Shown here piece after piece: positions 28,806 through 41,109 of a stretch of DNA of 64,000 nt. Source of the stretch: Bacillota bacterium (lineage in GTDB: Bacteria; Bacillota; Desulfotomaculia; Desulfotomaculales; UBA12532). The stretch is from positions 12,756 to 76,755 of the forward strand of contig JBFMHQ010000004.1 of NCBI GenBank assembly GCA_040751815.1, in the 5' to 3' direction. Made by a program: the position numbers and the translations under genes. Position 1 is the stretch's first letter; each line of letters opens with the position of its first letter. Under the pieces are notes generated by a model. It did no database searches, was not told the DNA's origin, and was given only the letters and a program-made list of their open reading frames with translations.

Positions 28806-29438
28806 TTGCCCAAGGGAATTATCGGCGTTAAGGTCGGCATGAGCCAGTTCTTCACGCCCGAGGGGCTGGCGGTGCCGGTGACCCTCATCGAAGCCGGCCC
28901 GTGCCGGGTGGTCCAGACCAGGACCGCCGCGCGCGACGGCTACGAGGCGGTCCAGCTGGGCTTCCGTGAAATAAAGGAGTGGCGCGCGAACAAACCCCTG
29001 CGGGGGCATTTTGCCCGCGCGGGGCTGAAACCCCTGCGTTACCTGCGCGAGATAAGGGTTGACGATGCCGGCCGGTACCAGGTCGGCCAGGAGGTCAGAT
29101 GCGACCTCTTTCAGCCCGGGGAGCGCGTGGATGTCACCGGCATCACCAAGGGGCGCGGCTTCGCCGGCGGCATCAAGCGGCACGGTTTCCACCGGGGGCC
29201 CATGGCCCACGGGTCCAAGTACCACCGCCGTCCGGGGGCCCTGGCGGCCAAAGCCCCGGCGCGTGTTTTCAAGGGCCGTAAGCTGCCCGGACACTACGGG
29301 GTGGAGCGGGTCACGGTGCAGAACCTGGAAGTGGTGCACGTCGACCCGGAGAAGAACCTCCTGGCGGTGAAGGGTGCCGTTCCCGGGCCGCGCGGCGGCC
29401 TGGTCATCGTCAGGGAAGCCGTGAAGGCCGGCCGGTGA
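28806..29438 (+). CDS. rplC: 50S ribosomal protein L3
   Basis: [18 protein letters not shown] 28806 (track start is GTG 28797). Confidence 0.95.
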   Translation: MPKGIIGVKVGMSQFFTPEGLAVPVTLIEAGPCRVVQTRTAARDGYEAVQLGFREIKEWRANKPLRGHFARAGLKPLRYLREIRVDDAGRYQVGQEVRCDLFQPGERVDVTGITKGRGFAGGIKRHGFHRGPMAHGSKYHRRPGALAAKAPARVFKGRKLPGHYGVERVTVQNLEVVHVDPEKNLLAVKGAVPGPRGGLVIVREAVKAGR

Positions 29439-29452
29439 AAGGAGGGCGCAAG

Positions 29453-30079
29453 GTGCCAAGAGTAGCCGTATACAACACCCAGGGCGAGCAGGTGGGGGAG
29501 ATCGACCTGAAGGACGAGATCTTCGGCGTCCCGGTGAACAGGGCGTTGCTCCACGAGGTCATGGTCATGTACGGGGCCAACCGGCGGCGCGGCACCCACG
29601 ATACGAAGACCAGGGCGGAGGTTTCCGGCGGGGGCCGGAAGCCCTGGCGGCAGAAGGGTACCGGGCGCGCGCGGCACGGCAGCATCAGGTCCCCCATCTG
29701 GCGCGGCGGCGGCATTGTTTTCGGGCCGCACCCGCGCGACTACAGCTACCAGGTGCCGAAAAAGGTGCGGCGCCTGGCCCTGAAGAACGCCCTTTCGGCC
29801 CGCGTGCAGGAGGGCCGGCTCCTGGTCCTGGATAAACTGGAGCTGGAGGCGCCCAGGACCAAGGAAATCGTCAACATCCTGCGCAACCTGAAGATTGACG
29901 ACGCGACCCTGGTGGTTACCGGGGAAAGAAACGAGAACGTAGCCCTTTCGTCGCGCAACCTGCCCGGCGTGCAGTCCACGGAGGCGTCTTTTCTCAACGC
30001 CTTCGACATCCTGCGCCACGGGACGCTGGTGATGACCAGGGATGCGGTGGCCAGGATAGAGGAGGTGCTGGCCGGATGA
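29453..30079 (+). CDS. rplD: 50S ribosomal protein L4
   Basis: [22 protein letters not shown] 29453 follows AAGGAGGG. Confidence 0.95.
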   Translation: MPRVAVYNTQGEQVGEIDLKDEIFGVPVNRALLHEVMVMYGANRRRGTHDTKTRAEVSGGGRKPWRQKGTGRARHGSIRSPIWRGGGIVFGPHPRDYSYQVPKKVRRLALKNALSARVQEGRLLVLDKLELEAPRTKEIVNILRNLKIDDATLVVTGERNENVALSSRNLPGVQSTEASFLNAFDILRHGTLVMTRDAVARIEEVLAG

Positions 30080-30363
30080 AGGACGTACGCGATGTGATTA
30101 TCCGGCCGGTGGTTACGGAGAAGTCCATGGCCCTGCTGGAGCAGAACAAGTATACCTTCCTGGTGCACCCGCAGGCCAACAAGACCGAGATCAAGAAGGC
30201 CGTGGAGGAGCTTTTCAAGGTCAAGGTGCTGAAGGTGAACACCCTGCGGCGGCCCGGGAAGATGAAGCGGGTGCGCCGGGTGGCGGGTATGACGCCGGAG
30301 ACCAAGCGGGCCGTGGTGACCCTGCGCCCCGGCGACAAGATCGAGATCTTCGAAGGCGTATAG
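30076..30363 (+). CDS. rplW: 50S ribosomal protein L23
   Basis: [22 protein letters not shown]. Confidence 0.96.
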   Translation: MKDVRDVIIRPVVTEKSMALLEQNKYTFLVHPQANKTEIKKAVEELFKVKVLKVNTLRRPGKMKRVRRVAGMTPETKRAVVTLRPGDKIEIFEGV

Positions 30364-30470
30364 AATGGCCGTCGGTCGTCGGTCGCCGGTGGTCGGAGGG
30401 AGGGAGAGGGTAAGCGGTCGCCGGTGCCGGCGGGTCAACCACGACCGATATTTAAGGAGGGAATCAAGAC

Positions 30471-31295
30471 ATGGCGGTAAAGAAATACCGGCCGACTTCC
30501 CCGGGACGCCGGTTTGTCACGGTGGCGGACTTTAAAGAGCTCACCGCCACCGAACCGGAAAAATCCCTCGTCGCCCCGCTCCGGAAAACCGGAGGCCGCA
30601 ACAACCTGGGGCGCATCACGGTACGTCACCGCGGCGGCGGGCACAAGCGGCTGTACCGTATCATCGATTTCAAGCGGGACAAAGACGGGATCCCGGCACG
30701 TGTGGCCAGCATCGAGTACGACCCCAACCGGTCGGCGCGCATCGCCCTGTTGCATTACGCCGACGGGGAAAAGCGGTACATTCTGGCGCCTGTGGGTCTC
30801 GAGGTGGGCCAGACGGTGGTGTCCGGGCCGGAGGCCGATATCAAGGTCGGCAATACCCTGCCGCTCCGGAATATTCCCACCGGTACGCTGATCCACAACC
30901 TGGAATTGCGGCCGGGACAGGGGGCCAGGGTGGTGCGGTCCGCCGGGGCGGCGGCGCAGTTGATGGCCAAGGAAGGGGACTTTGCCCACGTCCGCCTGCC
31001 GTCCGGCGAGGTTCGTCTTTTCCCCCTGGCGTGCCGGGCCACCATCGGCCAGGTGGGCAACGTGGAGCACGAGAACATCAGTGTCGGGAAGGCCGGGCGC
31101 AACCGCTGGCTGGGGATCAGGCCGACGGTGCGCGGGGTGGTGATGAACCCGGTGGACCACCCCCACGGCGGCGGCGAGGGGCGCTCCCCCATCGGGCGCC
31201 ATCCGGTAACGCCGTGGGGCAAGCCGGCACTGGGGGTCAAGACCCGCAAAAAGAAGAAGGCCAGCGACCGGCTGATCGTACAGCGGCGCAAGTAA
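30471..31295 (+). CDS. rplB: 50S ribosomal protein L2
   Basis: [15 protein letters not shown] ... [12 protein letters not shown]. Confidence 0.98.
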   Translation: MAVKKYRPTSPGRRFVTVADFKELTATEPEKSLVAPLRKTGGRNNLGRITVRHRGGGHKRLYRIIDFKRDKDGIPARVASIEYDPNRSARIALLHYADGEKRYILAPVGLEVGQTVVSGPEADIKVGNTLPLRNIPTGTLIHNLELRPGQGARVVRSAGAAAQLMAKEGDFAHVRLPSGEVRLFPLACRATIGQVGNVEHENISVGKAGRNRWLGIRPTVRGVVMNPVDHPHGGGEGRSPIGRHPVTPWGKPALGVKTRKKKKASDRLIVQRRK

Positions 31296-31307
31296 GGGGG
31301 TAGGCAT

Positions 31308-31592
31308 GTGGGTCGATCACTCAAGAAAGGGCCGTACTGCGATCCAAAGCTTCTGGCCAGGATCGAAGCGATGAATAAGAAGGGCGAGAAAAGGGTTATC
31401 AAGACCTGGTCCCGGAGGTCGACCATCTTCCCCCAGATGATCGGCCACACCATCGCCGTCTACGACGGACGCAAGCACGTGCCCATTTATATAACCGAGG
31501 AAATGGTCGGGCATAAACTGGGCGAGTTTGCGCCGACCCGTACCTTCCGCGGGCACGGGGCGCACACCGAGCGGTCTACAGCCTTGAAGTAG
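31308..31592 (+). CDS. rpsS: 30S ribosomal protein S19
   Basis: GRSLKKGPY ... [16 protein letters not shown]. Confidence 0.97.
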   Translation: MGRSLKKGPYCDPKLLARIEAMNKKGEKRVIKTWSRRSTIFPQMIGHTIAVYDGRKHVPIYITEEMVGHKLGEFAPTRTFRGHGAHTERSTALK

Positions 31593-31604
31593 GGGGGGAC
31601 GAAG

Positions 31605-31946
31605 GTGCAGACGAGGGCGGTTGCCAGGTACATACGGATCGCGCCGTACAAGGTACGGCAGGTAGTCGACCTGATCAGGGGCAAGCAGGTCGACGAAGCC
31701 CTGGCCATCCTGCGTTTCACGCCCAAAAGGGCGGCGCGGGTGGTGGCCAAGGTCATAAAATCGGCGGCGGCCAACGCCGAGCACAACCACGACATGCTGC
31801 GCGACGAGCTGGTGATCAGCCAGGCTTACGTGGACCAGGGCCCCACCCTCAAGCGCTGGATGCCGCGCGCCTACGGCCGCGCCAATGTAAGAAGAAGGCG
31901 CACGAGCCACGTCACCATCGTCGTATCGGACGGGAAGGAGGGATAG
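31605..31946 (+). CDS. rplV: 50S ribosomal protein L22
   Basis: [21 protein letters not shown]. Confidence 0.96.
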   Translation: MQTRAVARYIRIAPYKVRQVVDLIRGKQVDEALAILRFTPKRAARVVAKVIKSAAANAEHNHDMLRDELVISQAYVDQGPTLKRWMPRAYGRANVRRRRTSHVTIVVSDGKEG

Positions 31947-31948
31947 GT

Positions 31949-32608
31949 TTGGGGCAGAAGGTCGATCCGCGGGGATTGCGGCTGGGTATTATTCGCGACT
32001 GGGACGCCAGGTGGTACGCCGACAAGAAAAACTTTGCCTCCCTTCTCCTGGAGGACGTTAAGATAAGAAAACACATCAAAAAGAAGCTGTACCAGGCCGG
32101 CATTTCGCGCATCCAGATCGAGCGCACGGCCAACCGCATCCGCATCGGTATCCACACGGCCAAGCCGGGCATCGTTATCGGCCGCGGCGGCGCCGAGGTG
32201 GAGGCCCTGCGCAAGGAGCTGGAGCAAATGACCGGCCGGCAGGTTAACATCAACATTATTGAAGTAAAGGTCCCTGAACTCGATGCCCAGCTGGTGGCCG
32301 AGAACGTGGCTTCCCAGATTGAAAGGCGCGTGGCCTTTCGCCGGGCTATGAAGCAGGTCGTCGGCCGGGCCATGAAGATGGGGGCCAAAGGCATCAAGGT
32401 CGCGGTTTCCGGCCGGCTGGCGGGCGCGGAGATTGCACGTACGGAGTGGTACACCGAGGGCAAGGTACCGCTGCACACCCTGCGGGCGGACATCGATTAC
32501 GGGTTCGCGGAGGCCGACACCACATACGGGAAGATCGGCGTCAAAGTCTGGATTTACAAGGGTGAAGTGCTGCCGGAAAAGGCCCTCGATGAAGGAGGCA
32601 GGCGCTGA
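31949..32608 (+). CDS. rpsC: 30S ribosomal protein S3
   Basis: [13 protein letters not shown] ... KH domain. Confidence 0.97.
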   Translation: MGQKVDPRGLRLGIIRDWDARWYADKKNFASLLLEDVKIRKHIKKKLYQAGISRIQIERTANRIRIGIHTAKPGIVIGRGGAEVEALRKELEQMTGRQVNINIIEVKVPELDAQLVAENVASQIERRVAFRRAMKQVVGRAMKMGAKGIKVAVSGRLAGAEIARTEWYTEGKVPLHTLRADIDYGFAEADTTYGKIGVKVWIYKGEVLPEKALDEGGRR

Positions 32609-33039
32609 TGCTGACGCCCAAGCGGGTCAAATTCAGAAAGCAGCACCGGGGCCGCATGACCGGGAAGGCCAAGGCGGGCACCGAGGTCCTTTACGGGGAA
32701 TTCGGTTTACAGGCGCTGGAACCCGCGTGGATCACCAGCCAGCAGATTGAGGCGGCCCGCATCGCCGTCACGCGCCACGTCAAGCGCGGCGGGAAGGTCT
32801 GGATCAGGATTTTCCCGGATAAACCGGTAACCGCCAAACCGGCCGAGACGCGCATGGGAAGCGGCAAGGGTTCGCCGGAATACTGGGTGGCGGTTGTCAA
32901 ACCCGGGAGGATCATGTTCGAGCTGGCAGGCGTGCCGGAGGAAGTAGCGCGGGAGGCGCTGCGCCTGGCGTCGCACAAGCTGCCGTGCAAGGCCAGGATC
33001 GTAAAACGCGCGGAAGTGGGTGAGGCCGGTGAAGGCTAG
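32608..33039 (+). CDS. rplP: 50S ribosomal protein L16
   Basis: [17 protein letters not shown]. Confidence 0.97.
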   Translation: MLTPKRVKFRKQHRGRMTGKAKAGTEVLYGEFGLQALEPAWITSQQIEAARIAVTRHVKRGGKVWIRIFPDKPVTAKPAETRMGSGKGSPEYWVAVVKPGRIMFELAGVPEEVAREALRLASHKLPCKARIVKRAEVGEAGEG

Positions 33040-33232
33040 GGAAATCAGGGAAATGAGCGACGAGGAGTTGAAAAAGAAGCTGGCCGAATCCAAGGACGAG
33101 CTGTTTCGCCTGCGCTTTCAGCATGCGACGGGGCACCTGGATAACCCGATGAAGCTGAAGGAAGTGAAGCGGCGCATAGCGCGCCTGAGAACCGTGATGC
33201 GCGAAAGGGAGCTGGGCATCGGCCACGGCTAG
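33029..33232 (+). CDS. rpmC: 50S ribosomal protein L29
   Basis: [34 protein letters not shown] 33029 (track start is 33020). Confidence 0.93.
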   Translation: MKAREIREMSDEELKKKLAESKDELFRLRFQHATGHLDNPMKLKEVKRRIARLRTVMRERELGIGHG

Positions 33233-33295
33233 GAATGTGTTTCAAAACTAGTTTTGCAGCGGACTCCCAGGAGGCGCCGCAAGGAGGGAAAGGAC

Positions 33296-33598
33296 ATGGA
33301 AAGAGGCCTTCGCAAGACGCGTACGGGTTATGTGGTCAGCAACAAGATGGACAAAACGGTGGTTGTGGCGGTGGAAAGGCTGGTGCGCCACCCGCTCTAC
33401 GGGCGCACCGTGCGCCGGACCACCAAATTCCTGGCCCATGACGAAAATAACGCCTGTTCCCCGGGAGACAGGGTGCTGATTATGGAGACGCGCCCTCTGT
33501 CGCGCCGCAAGCGGTGGCGCGTGGTGGAAATCCTCCGCCGGGCGGAAGAGGCGGCACCGGGAGGTATGGACGTTGATTCAGGTGCAAACGGTGCTTAG
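33296..33598 (+). CDS. rpsQ: 30S ribosomal protein S17 (short C-terminal extension overlapping rplN)
   Basis: [35 protein letters not shown] 33296 follows AAGGAGGGAAAGG. Confidence 0.94.
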   Translation: MERGLRKTRTGYVVSNKMDKTVVVAVERLVRHPLYGRTVRRTTKFLAHDENNACSPGDRVLIMETRPLSRRKRWRVVEILRRAEEAAPGGMDVDSGANGA

Positions 33599-33941
33599 CG
33601 CGGCCGACAACACCGGCGCCAGGAAACTCATGTGCATCCGCATCCTGGGCAGTTCCTTCCGCCGCTACGCGTCCGTGGGAGATATCATCGTCTGTTCCGT
33701 CAAGGAGGCGGCGCCCGGCGGCGTGGTGAAGAAGGGCGACGTTGTGAAGGCCGTGGTCGTCCGGACGAACAAGGAGATCAGGCGGCCCGACGGGTCGAGC
33801 ATCAGGTTCGACGAAAACGCCGCCGTGCTGATCCGGGACGATAAGAGCCCGCGCGGGACGCGCATTTTCGGCCCGGTGGCGCGCGAGTTGCGCGACCGGG
33901 ACTTTATGAAAATCATATCCCTTGCCCCGGAGGTGCTCTAG
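33573..33941 (+). CDS. rplN: 50S ribosomal protein L14
   Basis: [22 protein letters not shown]. Confidence 0.97.
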   Translation: MIQVQTVLSAADNTGARKLMCIRILGSSFRRYASVGDIIVCSVKEAAPGGVVKKGDVVKAVVVRTNKEIRRPDGSSIRFDENAAVLIRDDKSPRGTRIFGPVARELRDRDFMKIISLAPEVL

Positions 33942-33943
33942 AT

Positions 33944-34261
33944 ATGGCCGTACGGATTCGCAAGGGGGACGCGGTTCTGGTAACAACGGGTAAGGACGCC
34001 GGCAAGAAAGGTAAGGTGCTGGCCGTCCTGCCGCGGCGCAACCGGGTTATCGTCGAGGGCGTGAACGTCGTCAAGCGGCACACCCGCCCGACGCGAAAAG
34101 TGCCGCAGGGTGGGATCGTGGAGAAGGAAGCCCCCATCCACGCCTCCAACGTGATGCTTCTCTGCACCAGGTGCCACCAGCCGACCCGCGTCGCCCGGCG
34201 CGTGCTCGAGGACGGGCGCAAGGTGCGGGCCTGCAAAAAGTGCGGCGAAGTAATAGGATAG
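33944..34261 (+). CDS. rplX: 50S ribosomal protein L24
   Basis: KOW motif [21 protein letters not shown]. Confidence 0.96.
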   Translation: MAVRIRKGDAVLVTTGKDAGKKGKVLAVLPRRNRVIVEGVNVVKRHTRPTRKVPQGGIVEKEAPIHASNVMLLCTRCHQPTRVARRVLEDGRKVRACKKCGEVIG

Positions 34262-34292
34262 CTGCGCCAGGAACCGGAAGGAGGCTAGGTTC

Positions 34293-34835
34293 ATGTCCGG
34301 GTTGAAGGAGAAGTACCTGGAAGAAGTCGTGCCCGCCATGATGCAGAAATTCGGCTACAGGAACAAGCTCCAGGTACCCCGGCTGGAAAAGGTGGTCATC
34401 AACATGGGCCTCGGGGAGGCGATCCAGAACCCGAAGGCCATCGATGCCGCCGTGGCGGATTTGAAGGCCATCACCGGGCAGAAGCCGGTGGTGACCCGGG
34501 CCAAGAAATCCATTGCGGCCTTCAAGGTCCGCAAGGGGATGCAGATCGGGGCCAAGGTCACGTTGCGCGGCCGGCGCATGTACGACTTCTTCGAGAAACT
34601 GGTGAACGTTGCCCTGCCCCGGGTGCGGGATTTTCGCGGCGTGTCTCCCGCGGCCTTTGACGGGCGGGGAAACTATACCCTCGGCATCCGGGAGCAGCTT
34701 ATTTTCCCGGAAATCGATTACGACAAAATAGACCGGGTGCGCGGCATGGATATCACCTTCGTTACCACGGCCAGGAGCGACGAAGAAGCACGTGAGATGC
34801 TGCGCCTGATGGGCATGCCGTTCCAGAAGCACTAA
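34293..34835 (+). CDS. rplE: 50S ribosomal protein L5
   Basis: [21 protein letters not shown] ... [10 protein letters not shown]. Confidence 0.97.
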   Translation: MSGLKEKYLEEVVPAMMQKFGYRNKLQVPRLEKVVINMGLGEAIQNPKAIDAAVADLKAITGQKPVVTRAKKSIAAFKVRKGMQIGAKVTLRGRRMYDFFEKLVNVALPRVRDFRGVSPAAFDGRGNYTLGIREQLIFPEIDYDKIDRVRGMDITFVTTARSDEEAREMLRLMGMPFQKH

Positions 34836-34849
34836 AAGGAGGGGAGTGC

Positions 34850-35035
34850 GTGGCCAGAAAGGCGTTGGTTATCAAGGCAAACCGGCAGCAAAAGTTCCGG
34901 GTGCGGCAGTACAACCGCTGTAAGCTGTGCGGGCGGCCCCGCGCTTACATGCGCAAGTTCGGCGTCTGCCGCATCTGTTTCCGGCAGCTTTGCTACCGCG
35001 GGGAGATTCCCGGCATCCGCAAGGCGAGCTGGTGA
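34850..35035 (+). CDS. rpsN: 30S ribosomal protein S14 type Z (zinc form)
   Basis: 61 aa with CKLCGRP...CRICFR. Confidence 0.95.
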   Translation: MARKALVIKANRQQKFRVRQYNRCKLCGRPRAYMRKFGVCRICFRQLCYRGEIPGIRKASW

Positions 35036-35081
35036 ACGGGGCTTGTCGCCGGAGCCAGTCCCGAAAGGAGGTCGGCACAAG

Positions 35082-35477
35082 ATGATGACGGATCCGGTCG
35101 CGGATCTCTTAACGCGGATAAGGAACGCGAACATGGTCTATCACGAGACGGTGGAGGTACCCGCTTCCCGGCTCAAGAAGGCCATCGTCGAGATTTTGAA
35201 GGCGGAAGGGTACATCAAGAACTACGAGGTCGTACAGGACGGCGCGAGAACAACCCTGCGCATCCACCTCAAGTACGGCAGCAACAAGGAGCGCGTAATA
35301 AGCGGCATCAAACGCATCTCGAAACCCGGCCTGCGGGTCTACGCCCAGAAGGACGAGATACCACGGGTCCTGGGAGGTCTGGGGATCGCCATCCTGTCCA
35401 CATCGAAGGGCGTTATGACCGACAGGCAGGCCAGGAAACTGGGCATCGGCGGCGAGGTACTCTGCTACGTCTGGTAG
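35082..35477 (+). CDS. rpsH: 30S ribosomal protein S8
   Basis: [19 protein letters not shown] 35082. Confidence 0.96.
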   Translation: MMTDPVADLLTRIRNANMVYHETVEVPASRLKKAIVEILKAEGYIKNYEVVQDGARTTLRIHLKYGSNKERVISGIKRISKPGLRVYAQKDEIPRVLGGLGIAILSTSKGVMTDRQARKLGIGGEVLCYVW

Positions 35478-35499
35478 TCAGGTGGGAGGTTTTCGGCAT

Positions 35500-36042
35500 A
35501 TGTCGCGTGTAGGTAGAAAGCCTGTGGAAATTCCCCGCGGCGTTGACGTTCAGGTCGAGGGGAATACGGTGACCGTTAAGGGACCCCGGGGACAGTTGCG
35601 CCGGGAGCTGCCTCCGGGCATTGCGGTCACGGTGGAGAACGGCAGGCTTGTGGTGGAGCGCCGGGACGATGAGGACCGGCAGAAAGCGTTGCACGGGCTG
35701 GCCCGGACCCTGTTAGCCGATATGGTACAGGGCGTGGCCGCCGGGTTTCAGAAGTCCCTGGAACTGGTGGGCGTGGGTTACCGGGCGGCCAGGCAGGGCA
35801 GAAAGCTCATCCTTACGGTCGGGTATTCCCACCCGGTGGAAATCGAACCGCCGGAGGGGATAGAAATCGAGGTGCCGGCGGCCAACAAGATCGTGGTTAA
35901 AGGCGCCGATAAAGAACTCGTCGGCCAGGTAGCGGCGCGCATCAGGAGTGTCAGGGAGCCGGAGCCCTACAAGGGGAAAGGCATAAGGTACGAAGGTGAA
36001 TATATCCGGGCCAAGGCCGGGAAGGCCGGCGCCAAGAAATAG
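35500..36042 (+). CDS. rplF: 50S ribosomal protein L6
   Basis: [20 protein letters not shown] 35500. Confidence 0.96.
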   Translation: MSRVGRKPVEIPRGVDVQVEGNTVTVKGPRGQLRRELPPGIAVTVENGRLVVERRDDEDRQKALHGLARTLLADMVQGVAAGFQKSLELVGVGYRAARQGRKLILTVGYSHPVEIEPPEGIEIEVPAANKIVVKGADKELVGQVAARIRSVREPEPYKGKGIRYEGEYIRAKAGKAGAKK

Positions 36043-36063
36043 CAGCACAAGGAGGGGTGGCCT

Positions 36064-36432
36064 TTGCTTAAAAAACTCAGCCGGGCCGAGTCGCGCGCGC
36101 GCCGGCGGCTCAGGGTCAGGAAAAAAGTTTTCGGCACCGGCGAGCGCCCGCGCCTGAACGTCTTCCGCAGCGGCCGGCATATGTACGCCCAGATCATCGA
36201 CGACGAGCGCGGGGTTACCCTCTGCGCGGCATCCACCCTTTCGCCGGAACTGCGGCAGGAGATCACCAGGACCGCGACGGTGGAGGCGGCGCGCGCCGTT
36301 GGGCGGTTAATCGCCGCAAAGGCGCAGGCCAGGGGAATAAAGAAGGTCGTTTTCGACCGCGCGGGGTACCTCTATCACGGACGGGTGGCCGCCCTGGCCG
36401 AGGGAGCAAGAGAGGGTGGCCTGGAGTTTTAG
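36064..36432 (+). CDS. rplR: 50S ribosomal protein L18
   Basis: [13 protein letters not shown] ... [26 protein letters not shown]. Confidence 0.96.
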   Translation: MLKKLSRAESRARRRLRVRKKVFGTGERPRLNVFRSGRHMYAQIIDDERGVTLCAASTLSPELRQEITRTATVEAARAVGRLIAAKAQARGIKKVVFDRAGYLYHGRVAALAEGAREGGLEF

Positions 36433-36460
36433 ACCTTAAGCAAAGGGGGGAAGGCAGGGC

Positions 36461-36976
36461 TTGAGCCGGATTGACGCCTCAAAACTTGAGCTTTCCGAAA
36501 AGGTTGTTTTCATCAACCGGACCGCCAAGGTGGTGAAGGGCGGGCGGCGTTTCAGCTTCTCCGCCCTGGTGGTCGTTGGCGACGGCGCCGGGCACGTGGG
36601 CGCCGGGCTGGGCAAGGCGGCGGAAGTGCCGGAGGCGATCCGCAAAGGGATCGAGGACGCCAAGAAAAACCTGATCAGGGTGCCCCTCAGCGGCACCACC
36701 ATTCCGCACGAGGTAACCGGCGAATTCGGTGCGGGGCGGGTGCTGCTGCGGCCGGCTGCGCCCGGTACCGGCGTGATTGCCGGGGGTCCGGTACGCGCCA
36801 TTATGGAACTGGCGGGCATCCGGGACATTCTTACGAAATCGCTGGGCTCCAACAACGCCAACAACGTGGTGCGTGCCACCATGGAGGCCCTTAAGGCGCT
36901 GAAGACGCCGGAGCAGGTGGCGCGTCTGCGGGGCAAAGAGATCAAGGGTCCCGGCGGGCGGGAGGTAAGCGCTTAA
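36461..36976 (+). CDS. rpsE: 30S ribosomal protein S5
   Basis: [27 protein letters not shown]. Confidence 0.96.
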   Translation: MSRIDASKLELSEKVVFINRTAKVVKGGRRFSFSALVVVGDGAGHVGAGLGKAAEVPEAIRKGIEDAKKNLIRVPLSGTTIPHEVTGEFGAGRVLLRPAAPGTGVIAGGPVRAIMELAGIRDILTKSLGSNNANNVVRATMEALKALKTPEQVARLRGKEIKGPGGREVSA

Positions 36977-36977
36977 G

Positions 36978-37154
36978 ATGGCGGTTAAAATCACCCTGGT
37001 GCGGAGTCTCATCGGCAAGTCCGAGGAGCAGCGGGCCACGGTCAGGTCCCTGGGACTGCGGCGCCGTCACCAGGCGGTCGTCAGGGAGGACACCCCCCAG
37101 CTCCGGGGCATGCTGGCGCGTGTACGGCACCTGGTAAAGATCGAAGAGGTTTAG
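36978..37154 (+). CDS. rpmD: 50S ribosomal protein L30
   Basis: Not in the ORF track (58 aa). [29 protein letters not shown]. Confidence 0.9.
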   Translation: MAVKITLVRSLIGKSEEQRATVRSLGLRRRHQAVVREDTPQLRGMLARVRHLVKIEEV

Positions 37155-37167
37155 GAGGTGCGCGAGT

Positions 37168-37605
37168 TTGCGGTTTCACGACTTGCAACCGGCGCCCGGG
37201 GCCCGGAAGCGCCCGAAGCGCAAGGGGCAGGGAATTGCCGCCGGCCAGGGCAAGACTGCCGGGCGGGGGCACAAGGGGCAAAAAGCCCGGTCGGGCGGCG
37301 GCGTGCGGCGCGGTTTTGAAGGCGGGCAGATGCCCCTCACCCGGCGCCTCCCGAAGCGGGGCTTTTTCAACGAGTTTAAAAAGGAATATGCCGTGGTAAA
37401 CGTCGCCGCGCTCAACCGTTTCGATGACGGGACGGTGGTGACGCCGGAATTGTTGCGGGCCGAGCGCCTGGTAAGAAAACCCCTCGACGTGAAGATTCTT
37501 GGGAACGGGGACCTCAAGCGGTCGCTGGTGGTCAGGGCGCACGCCTTTTCCGAAGCGGCCGCGCAGAAGATCGCCGCCGCCGGCGGGAAGGCCGAGGTGA
37601 TTTAG
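37168..37605 (+). CDS. rplO: 50S ribosomal protein L15
   Basis: [38 protein letters not shown]. Confidence 0.96.
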   Translation: MRFHDLQPAPGARKRPKRKGQGIAAGQGKTAGRGHKGQKARSGGGVRRGFEGGQMPLTRRLPKRGFFNEFKKEYAVVNVAALNRFDDGTVVTPELLRAERLVRKPLDVKILGNGDLKRSLVVRAHAFSEAAAQKIAAAGGKAEVI

Positions 37606-38883
37606 TTGCAGTTTTTCGATTCCCTGCAGGCGGCCCTCAAGGTAACGGAGCTCCGGAACAAGCTGCTCTTCACCCTGGGCATGCTCTTGATCTTCCGGGT
37701 CGGGGCGCACATCCCGACGCCGGGGGTGCGGCCGGAGGCCGTAGAAGAATTGCTCAGGACCGGTGCGGGGGCGATACTGGGGTTCTTTGACGTCATCTCG
37801 GGAGGTGCCTTCAAGAACCTCTCGATATTCGCCATGGGTATCATCCCGTACATCAACGCCTCGATCATCATGCAGCTCCTGACGGTGGTCATCCCCAGGC
37901 TGGAACGGCTGGCCAAGGAAGGAGAAGAGGGGCGGAAGAAGATCGTCCAGTACACCCGGTACGGCACGGCGGTCCTGGCCTTCCTGCAGGCCATCGGCAT
38001 GTCGGTGGCCCTGCGGCACAAGGGGGTACTGGTGGCCCCGTCGGTCTTCAATTACATTTACGTGGCCCTCATCCTGACGGCGGGCACCGTGTTTCTCATG
38101 TGGCTGGGCGAGCAGATCACCGAAAAGGGGATCGGTAACGGCATCTCCCTTTTGATCTTCGCCGGCATCGTTTCCCGCCTGCCCGCCGGCATGGTACGCC
38201 TTTTCCAGTACCTGGAGGCCGGGACCATCAGCGTGTTCAACATGGTGGGGCTGGCGGTGATCGGCGCCCTGGTGATCGCGGCGGTGGTAATGGTTAACGA
38301 GGGGCAGCGCCGCATCCCGGTGCAGTACGCCAAACGTGTGGTCGGGCGGCGGGTATACGGCGGCCAGACCACCTACCTCCCGCTGCGGGTCAATCAGGCG
38401 GGGGTCATCCCGGTGATCTTCGCCTCTTCGCTCTTGATGTTTCCGGAACAGCTGGCGTCGTGGTTCCGGGGGAATGCGTTTGCCGACTGGTACATGCGCT
38501 TTCTCGGCTGGGGCACCTTCATGCACACGGCCCTCTACGCGCTGCTGATCATCGGGTTCACCTACTTCTATACCGCCGTGATCATGAACCCGGTTGACGT
38601 GGCCGACAACATCAAGAAATACGGCGGCTTCATTCCCGGCATCAGGCCGGGGCGGCCCACGGCGGAGTACATCAGCCGGGTGATGGCGCGCATCACCCTG
38701 GCCGGCGCGGTCTTTCTGGCGCTGATTGCCATCCTGCCGAATTTTGTGCTGGTGGCTACAAAAATTCCCAACATTTATTTCGGTGGTACCGCCCTTTTGA
38801 TCGTCGTCGGTGTGGCCCTGGAAACCATGAAACAGGTGGAGGCGCATCTTCTGATGCGCTCTTACCAGGGGTTCATCAAGTGA
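37606..38883 (+). CDS. secY: preprotein translocase subunit SecY
   Basis: 10-TM protein with [15 protein letters not shown] and [10 protein letters not shown]. Confidence 0.97.
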   Translation: MQFFDSLQAALKVTELRNKLLFTLGMLLIFRVGAHIPTPGVRPEAVEELLRTGAGAILGFFDVISGGAFKNLSIFAMGIIPYINASIIMQLLTVVIPRLERLAKEGEEGRKKIVQYTRYGTAVLAFLQAIGMSVALRHKGVLVAPSVFNYIYVALILTAGTVFLMWLGEQITEKGIGNGISLLIFAGIVSRLPAGMVRLFQYLEAGTISVFNMVGLAVIGALVIAAVVMVNEGQRRIPVQYAKRVVGRRVYGGQTTYLPLRVNQAGVIPVIFASSLLMFPEQLASWFRGNAFADWYMRFLGWGTFMHTALYALLIIGFTYFYTAVIMNPVDVADNIKKYGGFIPGIRPGRPTAEYISRVMARITLAGAVFLALIAILPNFVLVATKIPNIYFGGTALLIVVGVALETMKQVEAHLLMRSYQGFIK

Positions 38884-38896
38884 GGCGTGGCGGTAC

Positions 38897-39643
38897 GTGA
38901 TTACCCGGAAGTCCACCAGGGAACTCAGGTACATGCGTGACGCGGGCCGGGTTGTGGCGCAGGTATTCCGGGAACTCGAAAAGGCCATCGCTCCCGGTGT
39001 AACCACGGGGGAACTCAACGCCCTGGCCGAGGATTTCATCGCGCGGCAGGGCGCACGCCCGGCCTTTAAGGGGCTGTACGGCTTCCCGGCTGCCATCTGC
39101 ACCTCGGTGAACGAACAGGTGGTGCACGGGATACCCGGTTTAAGGAGGCTGGAGGACGGGGATATTATCAGTATTGACATTGGGGCGGAAATAAATGGAT
39201 ACTACGGTGATGCCGCCGTGACCTTTCCCGTGGGGGAGATCTCCTCCGGGGCGCGGCGGTTGCTCGACGTGACCCGCGGCGCCCTGTACGCCGGCATCGA
39301 AATGGCGCGCAGCGGCAACCGGCTGGGCGACATTTCCCATGCCATCCAGTCGTACGTGGAGCGGCACGGGTACAACGTGGTGCGGGATTACGTGGGGCAC
39401 GGTATCGGCCGGGAGATGCACGAAGACCCGCAGGTGCCCAATTTCGGCCGTCCGGGACGCGGTCCCCGGCTGGAACCGGGAATGACCCTGGCCATCGAAC
39501 CCATGGTAAACGCGGGTACCCACGAGGTGCGGACGCTGGAGGACAGGTGGACGGTGGTGACGCGCGACGGGAGTCTTTCGGCCCACTTCGAGCACACGGT
39601 GGCCATCACCAACGGCGCCGCCGAGATTCTTACGCGGCTCTGA
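38897..39643 (+). CDS. map: type I methionine aminopeptidase
   Basis: VVHGIP ... [12 protein letters not shown] ... [14 protein letters not shown] ... EHTV metal ligands. Confidence 0.95.
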   Translation: MITRKSTRELRYMRDAGRVVAQVFRELEKAIAPGVTTGELNALAEDFIARQGARPAFKGLYGFPAAICTSVNEQVVHGIPGLRRLEDGDIISIDIGAEINGYYGDAAVTFPVGEISSGARRLLDVTRGALYAGIEMARSGNRLGDISHAIQSYVERHGYNVVRDYVGHGIGREMHEDPQVPNFGRPGRGPRLEPGMTLAIEPMVNAGTHEVRTLEDRWTVVTRDGSLSAHFEHTVAITNGAAEILTRL

Positions 39644-39678
39644 CAAACCCGTTGCCGGACGAACGGGAGGGCAGGAGC

Positions 39679-39960
39679 ATGCACGAGGAGATCGGACCCG
39701 GGCGAGTGGTGACCTCCCTCGCCGGGCGCGACGCGGGCAGGTTTTACATCGTTCTGGGGGTCAGCGACGGGCGTGTCCTGGTGGTTGACGGTCTTTCCCG
39801 CCGGGTTCAGAACGCCAAGCGGAAAAACCCCCGGCATTTGCGTGCGTGTTCTTACGTAGCGGAAGAGGTGAGGGGTAAGGTGGCACGCGGCGAGCGGGTG
39901 ACGGATGCCGAAATAAGACGGGCGCTGCAGGCTTTTCTGGAGAAGGAGGGGGGCAAATGA
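39679..39960 (+). CDS. KOW-domain RNA-binding protein (L14E-like) found between map and infA in Clostridia
   Basis: [24 protein letters not shown]-like motif. ATG 39679 follows GGGAGGGCAGGAG. Confidence 0.7.
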   Translation: MHEEIGPGRVVTSLAGRDAGRFYIVLGVSDGRVLVVDGLSRRVQNAKRKNPRHLRACSYVAEEVRGKVARGERVTDAEIRRALQAFLEKEGGK

Positions 39961-40172
39961 GCAAAGAGGTTATCGAGGTCGAAGGTACCGTTATCGAACC
40001 CCTCCCCAATGCTATGTTCCGCGTCGAGCTGCCCAACGGGCACAAGGTTCTGGCGCACGTTTCGGGCAGGATACGGATGAATTTTATCCGTATTCTTCCG
40101 GGTGACAGGGTGCTCCTGGAGCTTTCCCCCTATGATCTCACCCGGGGCAGGATTATATACCGGTATAAATAA
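39957..40172 (+). CDS. infA: translation initiation factor IF-1
   Basis: [48 protein letters not shown]. Confidence 0.97.
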   Translation: MSKEVIEVEGTVIEPLPNAMFRVELPNGHKVLAHVSGRIRMNFIRILPGDRVLLELSPYDLTRGRIIYRYK

Positions 40173-40191
40173 GCCGACGGGAGGGGTTGCC

Positions 40192-40305
40192 TTGAAGGTA
40201 AGGCCGTCTGTTAAACTAATCTGTGAGAAATGCAAGATCATCCGCCGCAAGGGCCGGGTTATCGTTATATGCGAGAATCCCAAGCACAAGCAGCGGCAAG
40301 GATAA
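40192..40305 (+). CDS. rpmJ: 50S ribosomal protein L36
   Basis: TTG start. [37 protein letters not shown] (37 aa). Confidence 0.92.
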   Translation: MKVRPSVKLICEKCKIIRRKGRVIVICENPKHKQRQG

Positions 40306-40320
40306 GGGGGTGAAGGGGCT

Positions 40321-40692
40321 TTGGCACGTATCGCCGGGATCGACCTGCCACGCGACAAGCGGGTGGAGGTGGCCCTCACCTACATTTTCGGCATCGGCCG
40401 TTCCACGTCCAGGCGGGTACTGGCGGCAACCGGGGTTAATCCCGATACCCGCGTGAAGAGCCTGACCGAGGACGAAATTACGCGCCTGCGGGAATACATC
40501 GACAGGAACCTCAAAGTGGAAGGCGACCTGCGCCGCGAGGTAGCCATGAACATCAAGCGCCTCAGCGACATTGGTTGCTACCGCGGGATTCGGCACCGGC
40601 GCGGTCTCCCGGTCCGGGGGCAGCGCACCAGAACCAATGCCCGGACGCGCAAGGGGCCGCGGAAGACGGTCGGCGTCCGCAGGAAGAAATAA
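40321..40692 (+). CDS. rpsM: 30S ribosomal protein S13
   Basis: [25 protein letters not shown]. Confidence 0.97.
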   Translation: MARIAGIDLPRDKRVEVALTYIFGIGRSTSRRVLAATGVNPDTRVKSLTEDEITRLREYIDRNLKVEGDLRREVAMNIKRLSDIGCYRGIRHRRGLPVRGQRTRTNARTRKGPRKTVGVRRKK

Positions 40693-40704
40693 GGGGGGGA
40701 TACA

Positions 40705-41091
40705 TTGGCACGCCGCACGCGAACCAAGAAGAAGGAAAGGAAACACGTGGAACAGGGCATCGCCCATATCAAATCCACGTTCAACAACACGCTGATAACC
40801 ATTTCGGACCTGCAGGGAAACACAATTACCTGGGCCAGCGCCGGCACAGTAGGGTTTAAAGGGTCGCGCAAGAGCACGCCCTTCGCCGCGCAGCTGGCTG
40901 CGGAAAAGGCGGCCCGGGAAGCCGTGGAACACGGCATGAAGGAGGTCGCCGTCTACGTGAAGGGCCCGGGATCGGGCCGGGAGGCGGCGATCCGCTCGTT
41001 GCAGGCCGCGGGGTTGCAGGTAAACCTGATCAAGGATGTAACGCCGCTGCCGCATAACGGTTGCCGGCCGCCGAAGCGCCGGCGGGTCTAG
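40705..41091 (+). CDS. rpsK: 30S ribosomal protein S11
   Basis: [18 protein letters not shown] ... [11 protein letters not shown]. Confidence 0.97.
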   Translation: MARRTRTKKKERKHVEQGIAHIKSTFNNTLITISDLQGNTITWASAGTVGFKGSRKSTPFAAQLAAEKAAREAVEHGMKEVAVYVKGPGSGREAAIRSLQAAGLQVNLIKDVTPLPHNGCRPPKRRRV

Positions 41092-41109
41092 TAAACAAGG
41101 GGGTAGATT

